Below are positions 1-13,113 of a stretch of DNA of 64,000 bases, in pieces. Position 1 is the first letter of the stretch. Every line of letters begins with the position of its first letter. The translations under genes and the position numbers were made by a program. A model generated the notes under the pieces. The model searched no databases. It saw only the letters and a list, made by a program, of their open reading frames with translations, and was not told where the DNA came from. Location: positions 6,076,001-6,140,000 of the forward strand of contig CM102287.1 of assembly GCA_046563655.1 (NCBI GenBank), written 5' to 3'. This stretch comes from Yuukianura sp. NJ FZ-2021 (taxonomy: Eukaryota).

Positions 1-1030
1 CGAAAATGGAAGTAGAAATTAGAAATATTCTATGCAATATTTTAATATTAAAATGTGTTTAGTACACCTACTAATTTCACTTAAAAACAGGCAATGAAAA
101 CGTTCTTCCTCCTGAGTATTTAAAGTGCACACAGACGCAACTCCTCATGATGCGTTCGCGTAGTCTATTTATCTAGCGTATCAATATTTATACAACCGTT
201 AAGTTCATCTTATGATCAGCCTTGACTTTGTCTTTTAAAATACAAACTATTCTAGTGACCCTATGAAAATGCATTTGAAAATTTCCAACGCCTACAAAAT
301 TACAACCTTTTTGAATTGTTACGTTTAAAAGTTTAAAACAAAGTTGACGTTTTGATTCTGACTCTACTGGAAGTATAAGATATTGTAAACAGGAAACAAT
401 AAATCGTTTTCTTCAATTTATTGCTAGAATAGTCAAGGTCAAGGTCAGGGCCAAGCTCCAGTTCCATAAAATGTCGTCATCTGTCTCCTTCTTCCACTGT
501 CGTTGGAGCGCACATCATTGTAAATTATAGCTATTAATTTAGTATTTTATTACAGTATCTGTGACATTAAAATGTAAGTTACATATTACAATGATGAGGT
601 CAGATCAAATCAAATTCAACAGTTTTGAAACTGAGAATCACTGGCATTCATTTAGATTAGATTAGAGTGAATGCTGCCTAAGGATGCACTATATTGAGTT
701 AGTTAGTTAATACGGACGATTCCAACTAAACAAGCTTAGAGAAACTAGATAAAATTAGGAAAGGAGATTAGTAGTCGTGTTGATAATTATGAATACTTAT
801 CATTTTCTGCTTTTCTAGTATATTGTTTTCCATTCTAGATACAAATTGTGCATTAACAATTAACAATTTCAAGATTAAAAGTGCCAAGCACTCATCCCGC
901 AAGGGAAGTACGCTCGTTGTACTTACAAAATGCATCATTGAAGGCATTTAAAAAGCTTAGCTTTTTCTGATTCCGAAAGGTCAGTTGTGCATTTCCAGTG
1001 ACATAGAAAACAACACCAAGCGTAACCAAA

Positions 1031-2888
1031 ATGAAATTTCACATTGTTATACTCTTATCCCTGCTAGTTTTAAGATGTGAAGCCAGAAACATTCCAAATT
1101 TTGGAAATGTAGATGAGGATCCCGGGGTAACGAGATTTCGAGAATATCTAAGGATTCGCACTGACCATCCTAACCCCGACTATGGTATGAGAAAGAAACA
1201 TAACCTTAAGGCTGTTGCAATGTTAACAATATTGGCTTAACCACTTTTTCATAAACATCTAGAATCCGCAATTCTTTGGCTCCAACAGCAAAGTGTTGAA
1301 CTTGGACTGGAGTTCCATCGATTAGATTTTGAAGCTCCGGCGGAGTTTGCCATTTGGATGACATGGACTGGAACCAATCCTACGCTCAAATCTGTTCTCA
1401 TCAATTCGCACATGGACGTCGTCGCAGTAGATGAAGTATGGAAACTGTCCAATCATAAATTATTGTTAACATATTTTCAGTGTTTGAGATATTTGCATTT
1501 CAAAATTTGTATTTTCACAAATCTGAACTCTAATTTTTGTGGTTTTCGTTTTTCAGTCCAAGTGGGAGTTCGGTCCCTTTGATGCCCACAAAGACGAAGC
1601 AGGAAACATTTATGGACGAGGAGCAAGTGACATGAAATCGTCAACTGTTGCAACACTAGAGGCAATTCGAAGACTAAAATCAACTGGATTTGTGCCACTG
1701 AGAACAATTCATATTTCTGTCTTGCCAGGTATTTGCAATTAAATTTCACTGTTGTCCTTCGACGCATTTTTAAATTAAGCCGCCATAATTTTTTGAATAG
1801 ACGAAGAGAATGGTGGACACAAAGGAATGAAGCCATTTGTTGAAAGCGCGGAATTTCAAGCTCTCAACGTTGGATTCGATATGGACGAGACTTCAGTTAA
1901 TGGCGGTGCAGAAGTTCTCTTTGAATATGGACAAAAGTCCGTTTGGCGTAAGTGAGGGATATGTTACGATAGTACCTACTAAATTATTCAGCGTTTGAGT
2001 AGTTGTTATTTATTATAATGTAGTTATTATTTTTTACTGCGTTTTCTAATATAGAACCATTTTTACAGAGTTCAACTATACTGCCTTAGGCACAGCCGAA
2101 CATGGATCTAACATGCCGGAAGAAACAGCGGCCCATAGGATCGAACTAGTCATTCAGCGACTTATGGAGTACAGAGCTACGCAGTATGAATTGATGAACC
2201 AACCTGGCAACACTATTTCAGACTGCACTTCAGTCAACCTTGCCAGAATGGGGGTAGGTTAACCCTAACAACCTAATTCAATATAAAATAACCTTTTGTT
2301 CTGTATTTTCAGGGCGGAATTGGTGACAATACAATTGCTGGAGAATTGTGGGCATCGTTTGACATGCGCATCCGAGTCACTCCTGAATGGACATTTAGTA
2401 ACGTCGAGGCTATGCTGGATGCCATTGCAGAGGAGGCGGGGCCTGAAGTGTCGTATGTCTTCTTATCCAAAAACATGGAGACGGGGGAAACGACTCCTGA
2501 CGATTCAAATCCCTGGTGGAGAGCACTCCAGGACGGTTGCGCTGAACTGTAAGTTTCAAAAATAAGTGCTCAGACAATTTATAAATTTTCGTTGACCTTG
2601 GGTTATGCTATTGACATGTTCTAACAGAATCCGAGTTTCTATAATTAAAGTTTCTTTTCTAACAGAAGTGTGACTTGTGAGCCAAACTTTCTCAAGGGAG
2701 CCACCGACGGTAAGTTTGTGCGTGCCCTTGGAATTCCTGTTTTTGGTGTGAATGCTTTCATCAATTCACCAGTGATGGCCCACATGGACAATGAACACAT
2801 CAACGAACAGCAGTTTTTGGCTGGAATTGACCGCTACGTCACTTGGATTCAGAAGGTGACCGCAGTCTCTGAAACTGAAAATCCCTGA
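1031..2888 (+). CDS. ACY1: Aminoacylase-1-like M20A metallopeptidase, copy 1, with signal peptide (7 exons, ~429 aa)
   Basis: Exons 1031-1184, 1263-1435, 1557-1728, 1801-1947, 2069-2253, 2313-2548 and 2666-2888 join in frame with GT-AG introns. Motifs: RFREYLRIRT, NSHMDVV, GRGASDMK, DEE, DMDE, SVNL, FDMR, C-terminal H..NE. Confidence 0.93.
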
Positions 2889-3159
2889 AGAAGGCTAATT
2901 TTCAAGGTTCCTTAACAACGAATAGCGAATCTTCTTTAATAGATTGGGTACTACCACGCTTGTTAAAAAAAAAACGAAAAAAACAACAACTAATTTTAGT
3001 GAAAAAAATGGTACCAATTTATATGCAAAATAATTTTAAAAATTCGGATGTATTGTTATGACTAGGATGCCCTGATATGAAAGGTTACTTTTTGCAAAAT
3101 AAAAAAAACTTGAGCTAATACTCAACCTCTTAAACAAGGTCAAAGTCAACAAACCTTGG

Positions 3160-3596
3160 CTAAGCTTAGACCAAGCTTAGGTCTAAGCTTAGGTGAAGTT
3201 AGGCTTAATTTTAATTTTCTTAGTTGAGGCTATAGTCTAGGTGGGGCTAAATTAGGCTTAAGTTTATTTTTCTTAGTTGAGGCTATAGTTTAGGTGGGGT
3301 GAAGTTAGGCTTAAGTATATTTTTCTTAGTTGAGGCTATAGTTTAGGTGGGGTGAAGTTAGGCTTAAGTTTATTTTTCTTAGTTGAGGCTATAGTTTAGG
3401 TGGGGTGAAGTTAGGCTTAAGTATATTTTTCTTAGTTGAGGCTATAGTTTAGGTGGGGTGAAGTTAGGCTTAAGTTTATTTTTCTTAGTTGAGGCTATAG
3501 TTTAGGTGGGGTGAAGTTAGGCTTAAGTTTATTTTTCTTAGTTGAGGCTATAGTTTAGGAAGGGTTAAGTTGGGTTTAAGTTTATTTTTCTTAGTT
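3160..3596. repeat. 53-bp minisatellite (~7-8 copies) preceded by a 13-bp hairpin
   Basis: Unit TTAGTTGAGGCTATAGTTTAGGTGGGGTGAAGTTAGGCTTAAGTTTATTTTTC; GAAGTTAGGC recurs at 3301, 3354 and 3407. CTAAGCTTAGACC (3160-3172) pairs with GGTCTAAGCTTAG (3180-3192). Confidence 0.92.
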
Positions 3597-4518
3597 ATGG
3601 TCTAAAGCTCAATGGCTGCAAGCGGCAAGAATGGTTTGGTATTTTCAAAATGAATTTTAAATTGCACTTAATAATTATTTTCAATTATATGTATTTATGT
3701 GAAATAAATATTTGCATATATTGTAGGGATTAGGTCTCTATTCGTTCTCAATTTCATCAGATACGCGTGGCCACTCCCTCCCCCAATTCTTGGTAGAGTT
3801 GATAACTATGCTGTGTTGATCCAAAGTTTTGTGCAAATGTATCTGCAGATAAAAGCCCGTGACCTCTTGTGACCTTCAAATGTCAAATTTATTTTGTTCA
3901 TATGATAGTAATAGACTTTCGAATATTCAAAAATTTCGTTTAAACAATATTATTATTCTTTTTTTTAGAGATCATATTTTTGATTTATTCAAGTTAAAGT
4001 TTCATTTATCATTCATTTCTTACTTGTACCAACTTAAGTGGTCTTACACAAATAAGATCAGTAAGATCATTCGAATACTAAAATTTTCGAATTATTCAAA
4101 TTTCGAATATTAAAATTAAAAGAATTAAAACAAAGAAGCAAAAATTCGAAAATTAAAAAATAATTTTAAATTTTCTAAAATAAAAATACACACACAGACC
4201 AGCAGTCGCAATTTTTTTAAAGTACATTATGGAGTTCCATTTTACAATAAATTATAACTCTCCACATCAGGAGTTATACTGTTATCCGACACTTGATTTT
4301 TACTGCAGCGAATATGATGTCAATATGTCAAATCAATCGAGGACTTGCAAAACTCGAACTAAATCAAAACCAATTCAGATGGAGATATAGATAGACTAGG
4401 ACAAATAATCAGTAACATTGTTTTATTACCCATCTGAAACCTCTGGAACCCGCTATTTCGTATTTTAATACTAAGTCACAGTTACCTCGTTTTCGAAATT
4501 TGACAATTGGCACCCAAA

Positions 4519-6691
4519 ATGAAATTTTTCGAAACCTTCATTCTTTTGTGCTTCTGTATTGCTGCATTCGAATCTAGGCAACTAGCCTACTGCCTTTCAG
4601 ATGTGGAAGACCCTGCTGTAACTCGTTTCCGGGATTATCTAAAAATTCAAACCAATTATCCAAATCCAGACTACGGTAAAAAAAAACCCTTAACGTTTAG
4701 GCTACTTGTCAAACTCGAACAAAGTTAACATGACCATTTTTCAAAAAAATAGAAAGTGCTATTGCTTGGTTTCAACAACAAAGCAATGAAATTGGACTGG
4801 AATTTCATCGATTAGACTTTGAACCTCCAGCGCTGTTTGCCATTTGGATGACATGGACTGGAAGCGACCCTACGCTGAAATCAATTTTGATCAATTCACA
4901 CATGGACGTTGTCGAAGTTGACGAAGTACATAAGTCGACTATTATAAAGCGTTAAACTATTGACGCCTTTTGCGTTTCGAGAATATGCATTTCATGATAT
5001 TTTTCGCTTTTCAGAGCAAATGGGAGCATGGTCCGTTCGAAGCATACAAAGACGAAGCAGGAAACATTTATGGACGCGGAGCTACAGACATGAAATCTAC
5101 CACCTCTGCCGCTTTGGAGGCAATTCGCAGACTAAAAGAATCTGGATTTGTACCGCTCAGAACAATCCACGTCTCGATAATGCCTGGTACATACTTCATA
5201 TGAAGAAATCTTGCTCATGAACAAGCGCAAATCCGAAATCACTTTCTTTACAGACGAAGAGGACGGCAAGCACAGGGGAATGAAACCATTTGTAGATAGC
5301 GCGGAATTTCAAGCGCTTAATGTCGGATTCGACTTGGACGAAGGCAGCGTCAGTGAAACAGGAGAAGTCTTGATTGAATATGGACAAAAACAGGTTTGGC
5401 GTAAGTGATTTTTAGGTTAACTAAATTTTATGTTTGATAATCCACTTGACTGATCGAACTAGCATGTTAGGCAGAAAACGATAGTTAGTGTCTAACTGTA
5501 CTAACCTATTAATTAACTAAACACTTTTATGTGCGTCAGATTTCAACTACACCGCTCTTGGCGTTTCTGAACATGCATCGAACATGCCCAAAGAGACAGC
5601 AGCTCACAGAATTCAGTTCGTCATTGATCAACTCATGGAGTACAGAGCGAGTCAGTATGAGCTCATGCACCAACCTGGAAATACCATTGCCAATGTAACT
5701 TCTGTTAACCTGGCCAGAATGGGAGTAAGTTAATCTGCAAAACCTTATACAACAACCTACCTAACAAAAAAATATTTTTTCTTCACTAGGTTGTCCAATA
5801 ACTCGATATTTTTCAATTTGTTAAAAAATTTGAAAAACTTCTTTTTCTATGGTAGTGGATTCTCTAAATAAGGGAAAAAATCACGATTGGAGGATTGGTA
5901 GTAGGCGCCTCCCCCAGTACCGTAAGATTTCTGATAAACGGTCAGTTATATGGAATTTAAGGCTAGGAACACCATTCTAATGAAAATTTCCTGTTTCGAA
6001 GTTCAGAGTATATAATTAATATTAATATACATAATATTCATATATTAATGCTAATTATATGTGATATCTATACGAATCAATATTATATGGTATATTATAT
6101 GCAAATTACGTTGTGAATGTCACCCTTATTAAACAGGTTATATAATATAATATATTATATACAGTGCGGTGTTGCGCAGTTTGCGCTGTTGCGCAGTTTG
6201 TGCGCTATTGCGCAGTTTGTGCGCTATTGCGCAGGTTGTGCGCTGTTGCGCAGTTTGTGCGCTATTGCGCAGGTTGTGCGCTGTTGCGCAGTTTGTGCGC
6301 TGTTGCGCAGTTTGTGCGCTGTTGCGCAGTTTGTGCGCTGTTGCGCAGTTTGTGCGCTGTTGCGCAGTTTGTGCGTTATTGCGCAGGTTGTGCGCTGTTG
6401 CGCAGTTTGTGCGCTATTGCGCAGTTTGTGCGCTGTTGCGCAGTTTGTGCGCTGTTGCGCAGTTTGTGCGCTGTTGCGCAGGTTGTGCGCTGTTGCGCAG
6501 GTTGTGCGCTGTTGCGCAGTTTGTGCGCTGTTGCGCAGTTTGTGCTCTGTTGCGCAGTTTGTGCCCTGTTGCACAGTTTGTGCGCTGTTGCGCAGTTTGT
6601 GCGCTATTGCACAGTTTGTGCGCTGTTGCGCAGTTTGTGCGCTATTGCGCAGTTTGTGCGCTATTGCGCAGTTTGTGCGCTATTTGTGCGC

Positions 6692-6734
<43 letters not shown>

Positions 6735-7598
6735 TTAGTTCCATTTAATTATCTAATTACTTTTGTTTCGCACCAAAAAAAAAAGCCGATAAACAGAACC
6801 ATACGTTCCCTCCAAAATTAAAACTTTACGGTACCGCGACTTCGAGTGAAAGTGAGAAAGAGGAGGAGCTCCTGTCCCTTATTTAGAGAATCCACTGTAA
6901 TTATTTTCGTGTAGTGCAATTGGAATTGGAGTAAAATTGGGGTAAAAAATTATTTGAAGCGAAATTTTTGCAAACCCCGAGTTATTGAACAACCTGTTGT
7001 AGGAAATACAATTCGGTTGTCACGGAGCCTTGATTTACTCAACTATTTGTTGTGTCCGTAGGGTGGATTAAGTGACAACGTAATTGCGGGTGAACTGTGG
7101 GCGTCTTTTGACATGCGCATCAGACTTACTCCTGACTGGACCCATAGCGACGTAGAGGCTTTTCTGGATTCTATCGCTGAGAAGGCGGGGCCTGAAGTGT
7201 CGTATGTCTTTATGGCTAAGGACATGGAAGGAGGAGAAACGACTCCTGACGACTCCAACCCTTGGTGGAGAGCTCTCCAAAGAGGTTGTGATCAGTTGTA
7301 AGTTCAAAAATTTACTTTAACTGACTAGGTTAACCTAAGAATTAACCTAAATTAGTAAATTTTGATTTTTTTTAGGAATGTAAGTTGCATACCGCTTTAC
7401 ATGCAAACAGGAACGGATGGACGATTTTTGAGAGACATTGGGACGCCGGTGTTTGGAGTTGCTCCATTCATCAATACAGTTATAATGGACCACAAGGACA
7501 ATGAGTACATAAATGAGCAGCAGTTCCTGGATGGAATTGACCGCTTTGTTGTGCTAATTCAAAGCGTTGTGGCTGTACCAGCAGATGAAAGTCCTTGA
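4519..7598 (+). CDS. ACY1: Aminoacylase-1-like M20A metallopeptidase, copy 2, with signal peptide; intron 5 expanded to 1337 bp
   Basis: Same exon structure as copy 1. Motifs NSHMDVV, GRGATDMK, DEE, FDMR, TDGRFLR. Intron 5 spans 5725-7061. Confidence 0.92.
5788..6995. mobile_element. Nested non-autonomous inverted-repeat (MITE-like) insertions in intron 5 of aminoacylase copy 2
   Basis: Outer inverted repeat 5788-5805/6978-6995 (17/18 match). Inner 22-bp perfect inverted repeat 5854-5875/6875-6896. Confidence 0.7.
6171..6730. repeat. 19-bp GC-rich minisatellite (~27 copies) followed by (TA)n
   Basis: Unit GTTGCGCAGTTTGTGCGCT with minor variants, 6171-~6692; (TA)n at ~6693-6730. Confidence 0.96.
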
Positions 7599-7844
7599 CC
7601 TTCCCTTTTCCAAAAATAGAATAAACTCAAACCTTTCCTGTGCTAAATTTAAACTAAAACGTGAACGTGACTCCCTGCAAAGAGTATAAAAATTCACTCA
7701 CGAAGTCGTCAAGCATTGGGATACAATGGATAATAATTTTCATTGAATAGTTAATTGAAGCCTAATTTAAGCGCTAAAATTTAATTCTTCCTCACTACGA
7801 TTACATCTAGTTTTGAAGAAAGGCGCACAGGGTTTTGGCGTGGA

Positions 7845-9559
7845 ATGGCTGCCAAATCACTTGCGTTCGGAATTTTCTTGTGCTGTTTTGTATCTCGATT
7901 TCAATGTATCAAAGCCTACTGTTTTCCACATTCGTATTTTGACCAGGAAGATCCAGCCGTAACACGTTTTCGAGCGTACTTACGAATCCAAACCAACCAT
8001 CCACATCCAGACTATGGTTCTTATTAAAAAAACGTAAAATTAATGCTAGATCTCATAAACCACCAACTAACCAACATTTCATAACATTATTAGAAAGCGC
8101 CATCGCTTGGCTACAACAACAAAGTGACGAAATTGGACTGGAATTCCACCGATTGGACTTTGAGCCTCCCGCGTTATTTGCAATTTGGATGACCTGGCCG
8201 GGAAGCAACCCTACGTTGAAATCTGTTCTCATCAACTCGCACATGGACGTCGTCGCAGTAGATGAGGTTTAGAAAGTAACCAATCGAAAATTGCCAACCT
8301 ATTTTCACGTTTCGCGTTTTCACGAATCACGTTTTTGTGTTTCTCAGAGCAAGTGGGAACACGGTCCGTTCGAAGCTTACAAAGACGAAGCAGGAAACAT
8401 CTATGGACGTGGAGCTACCGATATGAAATCGGCTACTGCTGCAACTTTGGAGGCAATTCGAAGTCTAAAAGAGACTGGATTTGAACCACTCAGAACAATT
8501 CAAATTTCTGTTATGCCAGGTAAAAAGTTTTTCGCAATGATCATGCGCAATTTGAAATCTGGAATAATTCCAATACCGTGTAGACGAAGAAAATGGCGGT
8601 GCCAAAGGCATGAAACCATTTGTGCAAAGTCCAGAATTTCGTAGTCTCAATGTTGGATTCGACATGGACGAAGGTGGCGGTAATGGATCCGGAAAACTGA
8701 TGGTTGAATATGGACAAAAGTCCGTTTGGCGTAAGTCCCCAAGATACGAAAATCCTTAAATGTAAAAATTCAAACTCCTTTTTTAAACCAAGGATTCAAC
8801 TTTACTGCTCGAGGTGTATCTGGACACGCATCAAACATGCCGGAAGTAACAGCGGCCCACTTGCTTCAATTTGTCATTAATAGACTTATGGAATACAGAG
8901 CGACTCAGTATGAGCTAATGAACCAACATGGTAATACCCGGGAAGATGTGACTTCAGTCAACTTAGTCAAAATGGGAGTAGGTTAATCAAACATGAACTT
9001 AACCAAGCCTAGCATGATTCTAAGCATTTTCATTTATAATTTCAGGGTGGAGTTGGTGAAAATACTATTGCAAGTGAATTGTGGGCTGCTTTTGACATGC
9101 GTATCCGAGTCCATCCAGACTGGAATTTTAGCGATGTCGAGGCGTTGTTGGACGGAATTGCAGAGGAGGCGGGGCCAGAAGTTTCGTACGTTTTCTTGGC
9201 AAAGGAGAAGTCGACGGGTGAAACTACTCCCGACGACTCTAACCCTTGGTGGATGGCTGTACAGAACAGTTGTGATGAATTGTAGGTAAAATTATTTAAG
9301 TTAAATACCATGAATGATAACCTAACCTAATACATTTTTGGGTGCTAGAAACTTAACCTGCGTACCAAACTTCGTTTCAGCGGTGAGCGATGGACGGCAT
9401 GTGAGGAGCATTGGAGTTCCGGTGTTTGGGATTACTCCATTTGTAAATACAGTATGGATGCCGCATGTTGACAACGAACATATCAACGCACAGGACTTCC
9501 TCGACGGAATTCATCGCTATACCGTTTTCATTCGCAACTTCGCAAAGCTGTCGGGATGA
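7845..9559 (+). CDS. ACY1: Aminoacylase-1-like M20A metallopeptidase, copy 3, with signal peptide
   Basis: Same 7-exon layout. Motifs RFRAYLRIQT, NSHMDVV, GRGATDMK, DEE, GHAS, FDMR, SDGRHVR, H..NE. Confidence 0.92.
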
Positions 9560-10179
9560 ACATAAAACCTTTGGCGACTATTAAACGTGACTAAAATGTA
9601 GTAATTCTAGCCAACAAAAAAGTGGAGGGAATTTAGGTGAATTTGAAAACTAAACACATTGCATTTTGTAAAAGAATTAAATGGTTCATATTAAAACATG
9701 TTTTAGTTGATTACAATATAATATGTATATAGTAATAATACATATAATAATATATATAATAATAATTATAGTATAATTTAATTATAATTATAGTATAATA
9801 TCGACTTCAATTACTTGTTTTGAAGTTGAGTGCAATTGACGAAGGAATAAAAAGCAAAAGCCATAATCCTATCCAGCCTGAATTAAATTTTTCATGAAAT
9901 TACTGTGTTTAGTTCTTTTTTCTTTGGCTAGAAAGCAACTATAAAATTTTAGCGTAGCTTTTTAGTTTTTTCCTTCACATATTTTAATTTTTAACTTATG
10001 GATTATGTGGCTTTATATGGGACTTCAAAACACAATTTCCACTTTTAGCTCATGAAAGATGCAAGTTTCATTCTCTACTGCTTTTTCTGCCTCAAAATTT
10101 CTTGTTTAGTTTTAAAACTAGCAGCGTTGTGTGAGTATCAGTGTAAAAAAAATCTTTTCTTTTTAAGACAGAACGGAAG

Positions 10180-11689
10180 ATGAGTTTTTATTTTTGGTAC
10201 AAGTGTATGTTGTGGCTGGGGTTTTTGAGTGGATCGCTTTTAATGAAGCATCCAAACAGAGTTCCTGTCGTAACTTGGCTATCGCCGCAAACAGGCTATG
10301 CCGCGCTGATTTTCATAGGTCAACTCTCTAGTGCAATATTGGTGAACTTCGACAGCAGCGCATGCTCACCTGACTTCGACTTTAGTAACAGCACAAACTC
10401 AGCGTCTAAGGCTGTTGCTCATGCTAAAGATGTTCGAGTCGTTGTGAAACAGACTTTGGGCTTACTGTTAGTACTTTGCGTCATCACGGCTCGCGTGTAT
10501 GCCTACGCACGTGGAAAGCGCATAGCGAATTTCTTGGCTCGACTTCAACTGCACAAATATGAAGCAAGTCGGGCGCGAAGCTATGAAAATCTCTGCGCAG
10601 CCGTAAACTGGCCATGCTCAATCGGAGCCTCTTTGCCACTTTTGTTCATCGTACTTGCTCTCTTTTTGGTAAAAGATGCAATCACGTCTGAAAAATATCC
10701 GGATCTGCCTTTCATAATCTTCTGGATTTTCAAAATTTTCTTTCGCATGCTTACGGCAGCTAATTGGGTGTCATTTTTCGTAATCTCTTCACTTGTCATC
10801 ACCAGCTCAATTCAAATTTTGTACATTTTTCATGACTTTTGTGATGGCTTGGAGGACGAACTCAGCGGAAAAATGAGCTCATTTTTGAAGCGGGATGACA
10901 GGCATGAAAAATACAAACTGGAAACTGCGCATGAGCGTTCCGTTGCGAAGTATGACGACCTGGCTGAAAAATTAACAGATGTCAAGACCCTCTGCGATGA
11001 GTACAGCGCCATCTTCGGTCCTGTTTATCTTCTGATTATGTTCACAAGTTTCCTCGGCTTACTCGGCAACATCAATGAGTATATCGTTGAAGACAGGTCA
11101 GAAGGTGACCTGCTTGTTGGGGCTTTTCGTCTGATCATTGACTCTTCGTATGTTCTGTACTTGGAAATGGGTCAGCGCATGCACTCTGAGGTAAGAACAC
11201 TAAATTGATTGGTTGAAGTACGACGGAATTGTCTCGGTTGTAACCAAAATACCCATTACGCTAATTTCGTCGGAAAAAATACTTATACCTTATACATTTT
11301 TTTTACAGTTATGTTTATGTATCTTTTGCTAGATGGCGCAACGAAAAGCGTCAGTGTGGAACACTATTACGGTACACGCTAGAGCGCATGAGCGAAATGG
11401 ATTAGTTGCCAAAAATTTGCTGGCGTGGGATTGGAGAGTTACGGCTTGCGATTACTTCACAGTGGATCGATCATGTGTGTCTGGGGTGAATGGATTCTTT
11501 GTCTTTATATATTAATTTAATAGATTTCTGTATTTTTTCTAAACCTTGTTTTAAAAAACCATTTCAACATGTTTATTACATTTTTAATAGATTTTGATGT
11601 CGCTCGCCTCATACACTATTCTCTTAATTCAAATTAATGGTCCACAAACACCCATCAACGAAACTGGAACGAACATCACGCTATCATAA
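10180..11689 (+). CDS. Gustatory receptor (7tm_7 chemoreceptor family), pair copy 1
   Basis: Exons 10180-11190, 11333-11485 and 11591-11689: one long multi-TM exon plus two short 3' exons. TACDYFTVDRS and SYTILLIQI match the GR TM7 TYxxxLxQF-type motif. Confidence 0.85.
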
Positions 11690-12188
11690 TGGGAATATTT
11701 TCTCAATACGATACAGTCACCTGACTGTGTTATTAGTCATTTATTAGTCAGTTTAGTCAGTCACGCACAATTCATACACGGTAAAGGATAAGTAAATACA
11801 ATCGGTGAGGAGAGATGGTAGACCTTTGACCTCCATTTGCCCGTCCGAACAGCCATTCCGGGTTCTAACTTTCCGGCGTTTCTTCCCGAATTCTTCTACA
11901 ACCACTTGGAATCAGTCCATGAACTCCGATACTGTTGGAATGATTTGATAGGCGGGAAGAAGAAAACCAAGTATACCATGGTCACGCAATTCAAAATTTA
12001 GCGATATAAAAATATCGAAAGTTCCAAAGTTCCCGTGGCCCATAGCCAGCCCTGGATAAAGTCATCTCCGTCACTAGATCCACACTCTGAAACAGCGCAA
12101 CACATAGAGTTGTCAAGACGATTTGGCGTTTTTTTCTTTTAACTAGAGTGGACATTAGGCATTTTTTAAACAAAATTTTTGAAGCAAA

Positions 12189-12781
12189 TCCAAAGAGGCT
12201 CAAAGAGGCAAAAAAACCGATTTCATCTGAGCTTTAAGCCCGGTTCTCACGACGAAGTTAGTACGTTAGATTTACAAACAGCAGATGAGTAGTTGACTAA
12301 CTGCGCACTAAGTAAATTCTGTGACATACTGCGCACTAACTGCTACTAACTGCAGTCGTCGTTTATTGTTTTTGCAACAAATCTTCCAGAAATTCCCATT
12401 TCTCAGAATCAGCTTTTCAAGCCCTTTCCAACAAGATATTGCTTGCATAGGGTTGCCTGTCATAAGCAGTGACCTCAGAGGTCAATGACCACAAATCACA
12501 AAACCATTTAAAGCTAATCACGTTTGAAATAATAATAATGGTTTCTGGCATTCGTTTAGAATTCCATTTTTTCTATTTTGGGTAAACTGTTCCCTTCGTT
12601 AACTTCCGCAAGACGTAGAAGGAAAGTTGTACTGCACCGTAGACGATTTCAACTCCTCTATTATTTTATTGACAATTTCAGAATTTTTGAAACTTAACGT
12701 TTAAATTTCATTATTCGTCGTGAGAACCGTGCTTAAACTTGAGGTGAAAGCGGTTTTTTTGCCTCTTTGAGCCTCTTTGGA
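12189..12781. mobile_element. MITE-like element with ~68-bp inverted repeats
   Basis: 12189-12256 (TCCAAAGAGGCTCAAAGAGGC...GGTTCTCACGACGAA) is the near reverse complement of 12714-12781. Weaker inverted similarity extends to ~12130/12833. Confidence 0.75.
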
Positions 12782-12972
12782 CCAGCATATAACCCTGTTT
12801 ATAAAGTCATGTCCACTCACTAAAAGAAAAAAACCACACTCTGAAACCGCGCAACATTCTACTTATCCGAAAATTTGAAGTTCATTTTTGAAAATTTAAA
12901 AACTGAGCTTCATACGCATCCACTCGTAACCAAAATTTCGATTTGGATCTGCTACAACTTCGAAATAAGTAA

Positions 12973-13113
12973 GGTTCGAAAGTTTCAACTCCGCAATTTA
13001 CAAGGTTGGAAAGTTTCAACTCTGCAATTTACAAGGTTGGAAAGTTTCAACTTCGTGAATTGCGTGTTGAAAGTTTGGACCTCGTAATTTTCGGGATTGG
13101 AAAAGTTCGACCT
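12973..13113. repeat. ~31-bp degenerate tandem repeat (4-5 copies)
   Basis: GGTTGGAAAGTTTCAACTCYGCAATTTACAA-type units start at 12973, 13004 and 13035, then decay. Confidence 0.75.

Noticed and set aside
91..176. Possible terminal exon of a gene upstream of the window (NENVLPPEYLKC...)
   Set aside because: Short, with no recognisable homology, and cannot be verified within the window.
3190..3600. Regularly spaced repeats as a CRISPR array or telomere
   Set aside because: Head-to-tail units with no unique spacers, eukaryotic context, no cas genes, and not a pure (TTAGG)n tract.
6117..6748. Overlapping Cys/Ala/Val-rich ORFs of 116-205 aa on both strands
   Set aside because: They arise from a stop-free 19-bp tandem repeat inside an intron; not credible proteins.
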